Below the pieces are notes generated by a model, which made no database searches, was not told where the DNA came from, and saw nothing but the letters and a program-made list of their open reading frames with translations. Source: Lophium mytilinum (taxonomy: Eukaryota). Taken from it: a stretch of 64,000 nucleotides of DNA. The stretch spans positions 1,434,018 to 1,498,017 of the forward strand of contig MU004187.1 in NCBI GenBank assembly GCA_010093605.1, in the 5' to 3' direction. Below are positions 12,809 through 24,624 of the stretch, in pieces. A program made the translations under genes and the position numbers. Within the stretch, counting starts at the first letter, position 1; every line of letters starts with the position of its first letter.

Positions 12809-14076
12809 CTATTCTTTGCCTCCCAGGTATCTATATACAACAGAGAAATCCTTGCCTTTGCAGTTCTCGTCTGCATCAGTCTCATCATACAGTTGCTTGG
12901 CGGCGTCGCCCAGAACGACCTTGATGTTTGCCTCCTTTGCAGCCTTCAGGGCCAGCTTGAGGTCTTTGTTGGCGAGAGCCACCCCGAAACCGCCCTCATA
13001 GCCTCGAGAAGCGGGAGAACCTTCAACGACGCCCGGAACAGGGTTGTTGACCTCACTCGGCCAGCATTTGCCGGTACTAATGTTGATCATGCCAGCAAGA
13101 GCTTTAGGATCGAGGCCCCATTGGATACCCATGTTCATGGCTTCGGCGGTGGCGATGTTGTTCAGGGCTAGGAGATAGTTGTTGGCAAGCTTGCCGTGAA
13201 GACCGGCACCCTGTTCGCCCAAATGCAGTACGCGACGACCCATCATAGACAGAACTTCCGTAGCACGATCAACAACGTCTGCACTAGCACCAATCATGAA
13301 CGTCAGAGTACCAGCTTGAGCACCGACTACGCCGCCAGACATGGGAGAGTCGATGAATTTGCCTTGGCCAGAAAGCTTTGCCGCGTTTGCGACTTCACGC
13401 GAGGTCGTGGGGTCGATAGTTGAGCAGTCGATGAAGAGGCGTTCCTTGGCAATTCCGTCCTTCAGCAGGCTTGGTGGTTGTAGCATATGCTTGTATACGC
13501 CTGCTACGTGGTGTGGCTCTGGTAGAACAGTGATGACACATTCCTTTGAAGTGTCAACGGAGAATAGAACACGTGACAAGGCAAAATGGTGATAGGATTA
13601 AGGAATCAGAGGATTGGCTTTGTATGTATAGAATCAGAAAAAAAGGGCTACAAAACGTAGCCCCCAACTTAGATCATTGATAGAACATATTCATCATATG
13701 AGAGGGGTGGTGTATAAGAGACGTGTGCACGAACCGACTTTTCTGCAACTTCTCGCACGTTCTCGGCGACGATGACACCCTCGGAATGCTCACCAAGGAA
13801 CTGTTTTGTGGCATCGAGATTGACGTCTTGAACGATCAGTGTGTCGGTGGCCGGTAGCTTCGCTCGTAGGTTCTTCGCCATGGGATATCCTGAGTACTGT
13901 GAGCGGGAATGGACGTCATGTGAGCGCGGAGCATAGTTACCCATGCGTCCAAGACCTATGAAGCCCCATACGGTCTGCATGTTCTGCGAGTTGGAGAAGC
14001 ATCGTCGCTGAGTATGCCTTACAGCAGTCGGGGCGAGGCGCCGCAGAGGCGACACAATGGCTGAAGCTGCACGCAT
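12809..14076 (-). CDS. 3-hydroxyisobutyrate dehydrogenase, mitochondrial
   Basis: Arg/Ser-rich presequence, GFIGLGRMG Rossmann motif, DSPMSGGVVGA, GKLANNYLL, GGFGVALANKDL. Introns at ~13890-13939 and 13544-13734. Confidence 0.93.
13603..13700 (-). ncRNA. Intronic box C/D snoRNA, probable LSU rRNA guide
   Basis: Box C ATGATGA (13697-13691) and box D CTGA (13609-13606) inside a 191-nt intron, with internal hairpin GGGCTAC/GTAGCCC. Guides TGTTCTATCAA and AGCCAATCCT match remembered LSU rRNA sequence. Confidence 0.8.
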
Positions 14077-14929
14077 CTCGCTTGTCCCTGAGAAAATGGG
14101 TTGTAGGTGTAGAGAGCACAATCAGGAGAGGTGCTGTGGGAGCTGCAGTGTTGCTGGAATGGGCCCACAATCGTCTCCGCAACTTAGTTCATCCAGAACC
14201 GAGGATGTCGCAGCAGAGATCCGCGAGAGCCGCTGGGCCTATGTATCTGGGTATCCCCGCGGCAGGAGGAAGGCTGTCGCCCATCGCTGACACTGCCGCT
14301 GTAGTGCGGTAGCCCATTGCGTGCAGTGCTGCAGGTCGATCTGCTTTCGGAAATCCGCTTCGAGGTCGGTGGGTTCTGGCGCGAAGTTGTCACGGTTGTG
14401 TGTTTGGGAGAGGAAAATTCTCTGTGCGTTGGCGGAGATGGTTTTCCTTGCGTGCGATACACGTGACTTGAGGGCCTCACTGAAATTAGCATCTTAAAGT
14501 GCGGAGCGAAGGCATTTCTTGAGTCTTATGAGTCGTTATGTTAGGGTCCATCTAGATGTGCTTTCCCATCCACTTCAGCGCTGGATGGCATTCGAGCCAC
14601 AACGGGCGTAGCGCGACACGTACTTTTAACGGACACCTCACCCTGCGTTTACTTTGACCACAGATTATAATTAATCCTGTGGATTCGAGATTGAGTATCC
14701 GTCCCGAGGATCTTAAATACACCGGCTTTTCGATTTGTGCCCTGTGGTTGTTCGTGCCGGCGGTGAATTGCGTATACCCCACCTTGGCCGTCACGTCGAG
14801 CTCGCGTGAAGCCCAAAGCCCTCGCAACGGCGTTAATGACGTGAATACCTCCGAACGACCTCAGCGACGATGATTGCTCATCCAAATTGATATTACCTCT
14901 CCGAGCTGTAGCCGGCCTTCAACTTCATC

Positions 14930-17900
14930 ATGGCGTATTTAGCTCCTATCCACCGCCCGAGCAGCATCCGCCATGCGCTCAAGCTGAATTTCTTGAGCGC
15001 GGCGGAGGAAAGCCTAGTCGTCGCGTAGGCAGTCTTCAAACCCCCAGTGCCTCTATCATTCTAATCATCTATCTCACAGGAAAGCCAACTGCCTCGAGTT
15101 CTACTCCCAAAGCCCTGATGGGCTCGCCCTCCAGCATTCGAAAGCCATCTATGGCAAAGTTACCATGCTTCAAAAGCTTCGACAAGCAACCTCAACAACG
15201 GACCATCTCTTCGTCGGCACCGACAGACAGATGTACTTTACGTTATCATGGAATCCTACCACGAAGCAACTTCAAACCGAGAGGAAATACGTGAGCGTAG
15301 CGGATAATTCCGCGAGAGAAGCCCAGACGGGAAACCGATGCCACATCGACCCCACCGGGCGGTTCATGACAATAGAGGTGTACGAAGGAATCATCAATGT
15401 GGTACCGCTGGTCCAGAGAGGCAAGAAGAAGAAGGACGCAGAGATTGCAAATATGGGGGAGCCACTCCCAACACGAATAGACGAGCTATTCGTCCGTTCG
15501 TCAACCTTCCTCCACCCCAGATCACCACAGCTGGACAAGCCGAAACTCGCCCTTCTGTACGAAGACTCGATGTCCAGAGTAAAGTTGAAGCTACGGGAAG
15601 TTGACTTTGCGAACGCCCCTGGGAACGGGGACATGGTCAAGCTTGACGAGATCCAGGAACTACAGGAAGAGCTGGAACTTGGAGCGAGTCACATTATTCC
15701 TATATCGGGACCCACATGTAAGTTGGATCTCGAACGTGTGAGCAGCAGAAAATATGCACTGCTGACAGGTGCTAGTTGGGCTTTTGTTATTGGGAGAAAC
15801 TTCCATTTCTTATTACGACGAGACGTCGAATGAAATACACACCAAACCCCTTGATGAGGCTACCATATTCGTCGCTTGGGAGCGTGTCGATAACCAGAGA
15901 TTTGTTCTAGCTGATGACTATGGCAAATTGTACCTGCTAATGCTAGTCTTGGATGAGGAGAAAAACGTTGCGGACTGGAAAATGGATGTGATTGGCAAAA
16001 CCACCCGGGCCTCAGTCCTGGTATATTTGGACGGAGGCCAAATCTTCGTCGGCGCCCACCAAGGCGATTCACAGGTAATTAGGATATCCGAGAAGTCCCT
16101 GGAGATCATCCAAACATTTGCGAACATTGCACCAATCCTGGATTTCACAGTTATGGACATGGGAAACAGGTCAAGCGAAGGACAAGCCAACGAATACTCT
16201 TCCGGACAAGCACGGATCGTGACTGGTAGCGGTGCTTATCAAGACGGCAGTCTTCGCAGCGTGAGAAGCGGCGTGGGCCTTGAAGACCTGGGCGTGCTGG
16301 GTGAAATGGAGAACATCTCGAACATCTTTGGTCTGAAATCCTCCTCGTCCGTTGAGTTCATGGATACACTTCTGGTCACGTTTGTAGACGAGTCGAGGTT
16401 ATTCTCCTTTGACGCAAATGGAGAAGTTGAAGAACTCGACAGTTTCAACGGCCTAACTCTGTCCGAAAGCACGCTCTTAGCCTACAATCTGCCCCGGGAT
16501 CGGCTTCTCCAAGTTACCAGATCACGTGTCCAGGTTTCGGATCTTGAAGGCGGTATGGTCATCGCGGAGTGGTCCCCTCCCGACGGGCATCCCATTACTG
16601 CTGCCTCTGCAAACGACAAGAGCGTCCTACTGTCTTGTGGAGGCGTGCTGCTATTTGTGCTAGATGTTACCAATGGCATCAGGCCCGCAGCAGCAGAAAC
16701 AGTCGCAGTGAGATTTGGAGCCGACACACAGGTGTCATGTATCGCCCTTCCAACCACTACTCAGAAACCAATAGCGTTCCTTGGGTTCTGGCAACAGGCG
16801 AGGGTTTCCATCGTCGATCTGATTACTCTCGAGCCGATTCACACAGTCACTGTTGCAGAGAACTCCGTCCCAAGGTCCATGATCCTTACAACCATATTCC
16901 AAGATCAACCACCATTTTTGTTCATTGCAATGGCTGACGGAAATGTCGTCACGTATTCAATGAACCCGAATACTTATGAGCTGTCTGGGAAGAAGACTAT
17001 CATTCTAGGGACGCAAGAGGCAAACTTTCGCGCCTTACCGAGAGGAGATGGCACATTCAACATCTTCGCCACGTGTGAGCAGCCTAGCTTAATCTATGGA
17101 TCCGAGAACCGACTGGTATACTCGGCGGTTACTGCAGAGAAGGCAGTCTCCGTCTGCTCATTTGACTCGGAAGCCTACCCGGGCGCAATTGCAATCGCAA
17201 CTTCGGAAGATTTAAGAATCGCAGTAGTAGATGCGGAGCGAACTACACACGTCCAAACACTACACCTCAACGAGACCGTCCGGCGGATAGCATATTCGCC
17301 AGCACTAAAAGCGTTCGGCTTGGGAACCATTAAGCGGATATTGAAGAACGGAGTCGAGATAATGCAGAGTCATTTTAAACTCGCAGACGAGGTACTTTTC
17401 AAAGAGCTTGATACGTACCCCTTGAACGAAGACGAACTGGTGGAGAGCATTATGAGGTGCGAATTAGACGATGGAAGCGGAGGTCTCGCTGAGAGATTTG
17501 TCATAGGGACAGCGTATCTTGACGATGAGCAAGACACGTCCCAACGCGGCCGAATAATCGTCCTGGAAGTCACAGCAGATAGCAAACTCAAGGAAGTCGG
17601 GGAGCTGTCCCTCAGGGGTGGATGCAGGTGTTTAGCTATGATCGAAGGCAAGATTGTCGCTGCACTCATCAAGACTGTAAGTAAACACCGTAGCCAAACC
17701 GTATGCAATCTTACTAATTTGGATCTCAGGTTGTTATCTATGCCTTCGAGTACACGACGCCGAGCAAACCCTTCTTCAACAAAGTTGCCAGCTACCGCAC
17801 TGCAACTGCACCGATCGACGTCACCGTCACCGGCAACACCATCGCTATTGCAGACCTGATGAAGAGCGTTTCCGTGGTCGAATACAACCGGGGCGAGGCA

Positions 17901-18555
17901 GGTCTCCCCGACACCTTGACAGAGATCGCCCGCCACTTCCAGACCACCTGGGGAACGGCAGTTGCCGAAGTCGACGACGACACATACCTCGAGAGCGACG
18001 CAGAGGGTAACCTGATTGTGCTGAAACGCGACACCAACGCAGCCACTCTCGATGACAGGCGCAGACTGCAGGTTACTAGCGAGATGCTACTTGGAGAGTT
18101 GGTGAACAGGATACGCCGCATTGACGTCGCAACAAGTCCGGAAGCATTTGTAATTCCCAGAGCTTTCGTCGCAACTGTAAGTTATTTAAACTCCCTCCCT
18201 CCGTCTCTTTCTTCGAAGTCACATAAGATAGTGCATTGCTAACAATGTGTCCCCACAGGTGGAAGGCTCCATCTACCTCTTCGCGCTCATCAACAGCCAA
18301 TACCAGAACCTCCTCATCAGCCTACAATCCAATCTCGCCGAGCTGATTCAAAGCCCCGGCGACGTCGAGTTCAACTCTTATCGAGCGTTTAAGAACCATG
18401 TTCGCGAGTCGAGCGAGCCGGAGCGGTTCGTAGATGGCGAGCTTATTGAGCGGTTCTTAGACTGCAGCCCAGAGATTCAAGAGAAGGTGGTCCAGGGTTT
18501 AGGGGACGTAGAGGACGTTCGAGCGATGGTTGAGTCGCTAAGGAGATTGCATTAG
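14930..18555 (+). CDS. DDB1: DNA damage-binding protein 1 (CUL4 adaptor)
   Basis: MAYLAPIHRPSS start, NIAPILDF, GSGAYQDGSLRSVRSGVG, ADLMKSVSV, C-terminal FVDGELIERFL...SLRRLH. Four introns (~15026-15079, ~15718-15768, ~17677-17729, ~18177-18259). Confidence 0.95.
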
Positions 18556-19538
18556 GTGAAGTCTTGACGGCCTGCTGTTCATGGGTAGGCGGATTGAGCA
18601 TGGCTGGGTATGATTAGAACGAGAGCTTAGGTCGTTGGGCCCAACAGAGGAGGCAGTTCAGGAAATACAAATCATTGCGTTTGGTCTAGCACTGATTCCC
18701 TCCCGGGAACCTTGTTTCGGCCTTCATGTTGCAAACGCTGACACTACGAATAACACCGCTCGTCTTCTAAGCGTACAGTGTAGGTACCAGTCAAAGCGGC
18801 AGCCTAAGCAATATGCCTGACGCTGGCGCTAACTCGAATACATACAATCACGGAATAAGACCCTCTTAACCTGACCACAGCGTTTCCACAGCGCATGCTC
18901 ATGTTAGACACGCTTTCGGTACAAGTTGTATCATTTAGGCCCAAAGCGTAGACTGCGACTCCTCTCCTCCCCCTCTGAACAACCACGCTTTCTGTGTAAG
19001 ATGTTACTTTTCTATCAAAAGCGTGACCCCTACAGCTAGATATATCAAACACGCTTTTGGTCCGACATCTAACAAATGCACGATAAACGTGTGTTACCTG
19101 CTAGCCTTAACCCCTGTCCGTCCCATATACCGACGCTATCGGTCTAAAATGTAGTACTTGAACTGGAGGTGGGCGCTCTCCCCCTCATCTTGAATCCCTT
19201 GTCTAATTACGCCTCCGCCTAAATTGTCACGTTTCGACTAGAAGCGTAGATTATGTCCCCCCAACCCCCGAGCCCTAACGAGCCACGCTATTAGTAGAGG
19301 AAGTGCTTTTTTGGCCAGGCGAATGTAGTATGCTCTGCCACCCTATCTTCTTGCTTCACGCCTGCGGTTAATGATGGAATCATAAGACCGGAAGTGTACG
19401 TTGTGTAGATGAAGTACGGAGTCGGTTATATGCTTCGTGCCTCACAACACTAAAAAACCAAGAAGTGGAGATTTAGTACTAGTACAAGTTGTCTGTCACA
19501 CTTTTCCAGCAAAACCAGGCCAAGCTCTCAATCTTCTT

Positions 19539-21177
19539 TCAGAACAGAATCGGCAACTCCGTAATCCCAACGTCCTTGGTCGGCGACGAGTACTTAATCT
19601 CCTCGAACGGAATAGCTAAGCGGAGGTTCGGGAGTCTCTTAAAGAGCGTAGCTACACAATCACCGCAAACTTTCGTCAGCTAACGCCCATAACCATATGC
19701 CAAAAGAAGAGCACGAGCTTACCAAATACAATCTCCAACTCCGCCCGCGCGAGCCACTCCGCAACACACCGATGCTCTCCCCAGCCATAACCCAGTGCCT
19801 CTTCGTCACCTCGCTTCCGGTGCATATCAAAGACATCCGGATTCGGAAAGACGTCTTCATCTCGGTTCGCAGACTGATTCGAGGCTATGATGCCTTCGCC
19901 CGCCTTTATCAACTTGCCGCCCAACATGATATCGACTTTTGCGACGCGGCGTGTGGCCATAGCGGAGCCGGTGTGGAAGCGACAAAGCTCTTCTACGAAG
20001 ACTTGAGCTAAACCTGGATCGGTTTTGAGGTCGGCGAGCTGGTCTGGGTGTTGGAGGAGCGTCACGACGCCCTAGTGGGTTAGTGTTTGACGCCAGTGAT
20101 GGCGGAAAATGCTTACTAGATTGATCATGTTGACCATTGTCGCGTTGCCAGCTACTAGCATGAGGAATGCCATTTGCACTGCGTCCGATTTGTCGATGTG
20201 ACCTGGTTTGACCTTTGTCTAATTAGCATATGAATGGATACGCGAGTCAACGAGCATACCTGTTCTACGACCAGCTTGCTGATGAGATCTTCCTTAGGTT
20301 CGGATGATCTTTGGTCTACGAGTTTTCCGATGTAATCCAGAAGCTCCCTGAGGGACGTAAGAGACTGGCTTGAAACTTTGGCGCGGCTAGAAGCTCTGCG
20401 CCAGAGCCTGGTCTGCCTGGCAATACGTACTTATTCGCACTCGACGCCTCCGTCGCTGTTGCGCTTCCGTTGCTCCGAATTGCATTCTGCTCCGTAAGGT
20501 AGGCCAGGTCTTCGAATGGCACTCCTAGAATACCGTATATGATCTGAACAAGCTATAGTCAGCGCTAATACCGCATGAGAGTTTCATATCGCCAACATAC
20601 ATAGGAAGGAACCGGCAATGCGAGCTTCTCGACAAGATCAACCGGCGTTTCACCTCCAGCTGCCACCATGGCATCCAATATACGATCGACAGTGGCTTGA
20701 ATATGCGGTCGAAGGTTCTCAACCCTCTCTTTGGTGAAAATGGGCGCGACCATGCCTCTTTGCTGCATGTGCTGCGGAGGATCCATGTCGACGAATGTGG
20801 GCTTGTTCTTTGCCGCAGCTTTCCCGCCTGCACTCATTTCCGGGAATCCGGGACGAGTCCGTTCCTGATATTGTCAGCGCTGGGTTTCACAAGGGAAGTG
20901 TCTTCTGTTCGAAGAAATCCGCGGCGGAAAAGGGCGTACTTTGGATAGCCGTTGGTCTGTCAAGACACTGCAGGCGTCTTGGTGTTTTACTACCAACCAA
21001 GGATGGCTTCCGTCCCATAGCTCGACTCGAGATACAGGCTCTGTAGCACGAAGCCTTGCAGATTCCGCAGGAGGCTCTGCCGCGGCTGGTCTGGCGAAGG
21101 GGAATTTCGGAGGGGCTGTAGCAGTCAGAGAAATTTCCTTGGATGTCTCGAAGATACTCACAAGAGATAGCGGCCAT
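19539..21177 (-). CDS. CYP55: Cytochrome P450nor (CYP55 family fungal nitric oxide reductase)
   Basis: Spliced product contains PPKFPFARP, RTRPGFPEMSAGGKAAAKNKPTFVDMDPP, AFLMLVAGNATMVNMI, EELCRFHT and heme motif GYGWGEHRCVAE, ending DVGITELPILF*. Seven canonical introns; frame appears intact. Confidence 0.95.
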
Positions 21178-21297
21178 TGTAGATTCGCAATGGAAGCGTC
21201 TTGAGAAGTTCAATATAGGAGAGTGTTTGCTGATTGGCTGTAACGTTAAACTCCTGTACACTGGATATATCGAGATTTCTGTTCTTCCACCAACACT

Positions 21298-21305
21298 CTT
21301 TTATA
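21298..21305 (-). promoter_or_regulatory. Candidate TATA box of P450nor
   Basis: TATAAAAG on the minus strand about 120 nt upstream of the ATG. Confidence 0.5.
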
Positions 21306-22063
21306 GAAATATTCGGTATATCGCAGCCTACACAGACCGCTTGGTCAACATGACTCATCCCTATCATCAGGCCATCCTGAAATAATACTATACGGATCTC
21401 ACGTCGATGGCGCTCGGTGTTGTTGTCAGCTACCTCTGCATCTCCTCGGGAGACAGGGGTCTACAGCGAGTCCCGTTCCGCGCCGTTACCAAGGACGGCT
21501 TATTAAACATCCACGAGAATGGTTGGGTAATACTCTTACAGCTTCTCCGCACGAAACTCAATGGCACATGCTTGTATTCCAAGACAAATGAGTCGAGATC
21601 ATGAAGGACTCCCGGGGCTTCGACAACGGTCTGACGTTTTATAGGAACGTGCTGCAAGGCTACTTCAAGTATTTCCGGTTCCTAAGAGCTCAGTGGTTCT
21701 ATTCATCTTGGTGACATCTCCTTCTCCGACGCTTGAAGCCATCTTCGAGTGTGCAACTCGGAGTTTTGGAAGAGCTGCTCCCACCTGGATCTCTCTTAAG
21801 GCAATTCCAAGTACAGCTATTTCATATTGATTGCTCTTAGATACTATTAGTTGAACAAATGCTATAGTTACTTTTCTGGTAGTTCAATTAACAGCACCCA
21901 GCGACTTTTAAGTTCCCGCAGAAGCTCCGCGTCCGTATATATTTTAGCATGCTCGTCAAGATCGTGGATGCCATGAACGGTATTTTAGTACCCTCTCCTC
22001 ATGTTGCCGTGGTTTACAAAGCACGTTAACTCTCTCTTAGCTCTTCCGTAGCTCGCGCCCCAT

Positions 22064-22390
22064 TCATGCCATCGCTGCCGCCGCCGTTATTACTAGCATT
22101 ACCTAATTTAGTAGGAGGCGGCTCTGTAAGTCCGTTATTAAAACCCCAACGCCGCCGTCAGCGCGGCTTTAAATAGCTGCAACCGTCTTGTGCAAGTAGG
22201 GCAATGCTGTAACTAGGAATTTTCAGGCCTATCCCTTCTCCATGTAGGCGGCGCCCATGAGCTTCGTAACGAGATCGGCTTTAGTATGAGGCTATACGAA
22301 GGCGCGGTCGGCAAGGACTTAGTTCTGGTAGAGCGAGCTGATAATATCCGCGAGGATGCTGGCGCGGTGCGGGAGCGAAGGCAAAACCAT
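22064..22390 (-). pseudogene. ORF relic with RIP-type nonsense codons
   Basis: MVLPSLPHRASILADIISSLYQN*VLADRAFV*PHTKADLVTKLMGAAYMEKG*A*KFL...; reads as protein-like text broken by point stops. Confidence 0.35.
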
Positions 22391-24624
22391 CGGTGGCGAC
22401 CGCGAGAAGAGTTCCGGGTGTTAGCTAATCAGAGGCGTCGGATTGCGCACGAATAGTCGTGGGATGGGCTCAATGCAGCCCATGCACTCTTTTCAAACTG
22501 TTTAACGCAGAGAGAAAAACAAAAGGGGTGCGCTGATGCGCTGTTGTAAAAGATAGAGTAAAAGAAAATTATATCCAAGGAGCAAAACACCCCCCTCTCG
22601 AAGGAGGGGGTAGCCACCTCGGAGAGGTTTCTCTAATCCAGCCCGCAATTTTTCAATCCATCGAATCTTCACCGGCCACTCTCAGCCTCACGCACTAACT
22701 GCATACAGCCCCTTTTTGCCGGCTTCCAAGCCTCTCGTGCCGCCTCCGAGCCGATTCCCGAAGGAATCAGCTTTTAACACCATAAGTCGAGTCGAGAATC
22801 GCCAACTGCTGGGGTCGAACGCCAGACCAACTTCAAAACCCAGGTGAGGTTTGTCGACGGTGGGTAAAACCCACCTCGCGAGGTGCGGTGCCTGGACTCC
22901 GGCCGACGGGCTTACACTCGGTGTGGCCGACTTTACCAACTGAGCTAAGGGGGAAGTTAGTGGATGAGGGCGTGCTCAATTTTACATGAAATATATACCC
23001 TTATCCCGTGCGTCATAGAGCTAAACGCTTAATCGGTGAGGCGCAGGGGCCACCAACGCGTCTCAGTAAACAGAAACGGTCCACGGCAACCGCGAGATTG
23101 ATTTGGCCGAAGACAAGAATGTAGTGAGCCCCGAATTTCGTTACCTGGCTATGATTGTGCATCTAACCGTGGTGTTTTACCTGTTTCACCACACTCGCAG
23201 GCATCCCCTTCGCCTCAACATATGGCGCAGCTTGTGCTCGACTCAAAATCAAGCCTACCCAGCCGCCTATCTCGTACCCATCACCTATTTAGCTCGCGAC
23301 AACGCGCCACCAACTACATACTGCCGCTAGTGCCTCCGACATCCACAGCCTTATGCGCCGTTGGTGTGGTGGCTTCACCGATCTCGCCAGGTCGCACGCC
23401 GCGCCTCGAAACCATACGTCGAGCTGGAACGCAACAACCATAATTAGAAGCAGGGATTGCAGAGCGCACACATTACTTAGCTTCAATGTGAAGGAGGGGA
23501 TCGATCGCGTTGTGATGGCTTGAATGAGCGTGATACGGGATTGGGATAACGCTGAGCAGCTTGCCGTGGAAATCTGGGAATGCTTAAAAAGAAGCACGCC
23601 CGCGATTTTGAGCTTGTTTGAACCAAAAATGAAGGAAGAATACTGCGACAATGAGGGCTTGAGCGAAGAAAGGTCGCAAGCCGTTGGAGATGACAGGGCT
23701 TTGAATAGCAGTTGTAATACTTAGCAGGGAGAACCCAACACTGGCAAAAGCTGGGCATCCTCTGGATGCATCGTGGAGCACCGTGGATATAGGTAGGCCG
23801 AGAAGGGCCGCAGTTTCTAGTACCCTTAATCTAGGTAGGAGAACCCTTAATAAAGTATACTAAGTAGCGCGGTGTCTGTCGACACTTTAAGGGGATGGCA
23901 TCCTCAGCTTCTTTCCCTTTGAATTCCTCCTTTTACTCTTCTATACACGGGATACTCGCTTGCCCTCGTTTGAAAATCGCAAAGACTACATACCTCTTCT
24001 CTAGAATCAGTGCTCTGTCCGTGGGGTTGCGGAAACGTAGCGGGGATCAAGTAGACGGATTCAAGTGTTCTCAAGGTGGGATGGGACGGAAGGACGTGGT
24101 GCTGACTCATCATACACTAGACGCTTTAGGATTTAGGATTGCAGCTATATAAACGGACACTACTATTGACGGCTGGATTGCAGTATCTACATAATTATCA
24201 TTACCAGATTAGTTGACAGCACATCATGCGGTCTCCCAGCTGGCAATAAGCCCTTCCCACGTCTCGTCACTTTGTTCATGCACGCACTTGTCACCAGGCA
24301 TGAAATAGACTGAGCTGTTCTTTTAAAGTCTGCAAAAGATCCAATATCCCTCGCTCCCAACCTTCGTTCGTTCACTCTATAGACATATTCGTGCTTATGT
24401 TCGTTTGAAGACACTTCAATCATCCTCCATACGCAACCCGATCCATCATTACCATCGCAGCCGCGTGTCCTGCGCAGGATTCGCCAACTTTGAGACACTC
24501 CCAGAAACGCCGCCAGAGGTGGCGATATGTCGTCCAGACCTCGAAATGCATTCAAACCCGACGCCGGCCGCATGATGCAAAGGAAAACAAAGCTGAGAAT
24601 TTTGTACAGGTGTAAAAGCATCAA

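Noticed and set aside
21180..21700. NirA/Nit4 site in the P450nor promoter
   Set aside because: No CTCCGHGG consensus found by eye.
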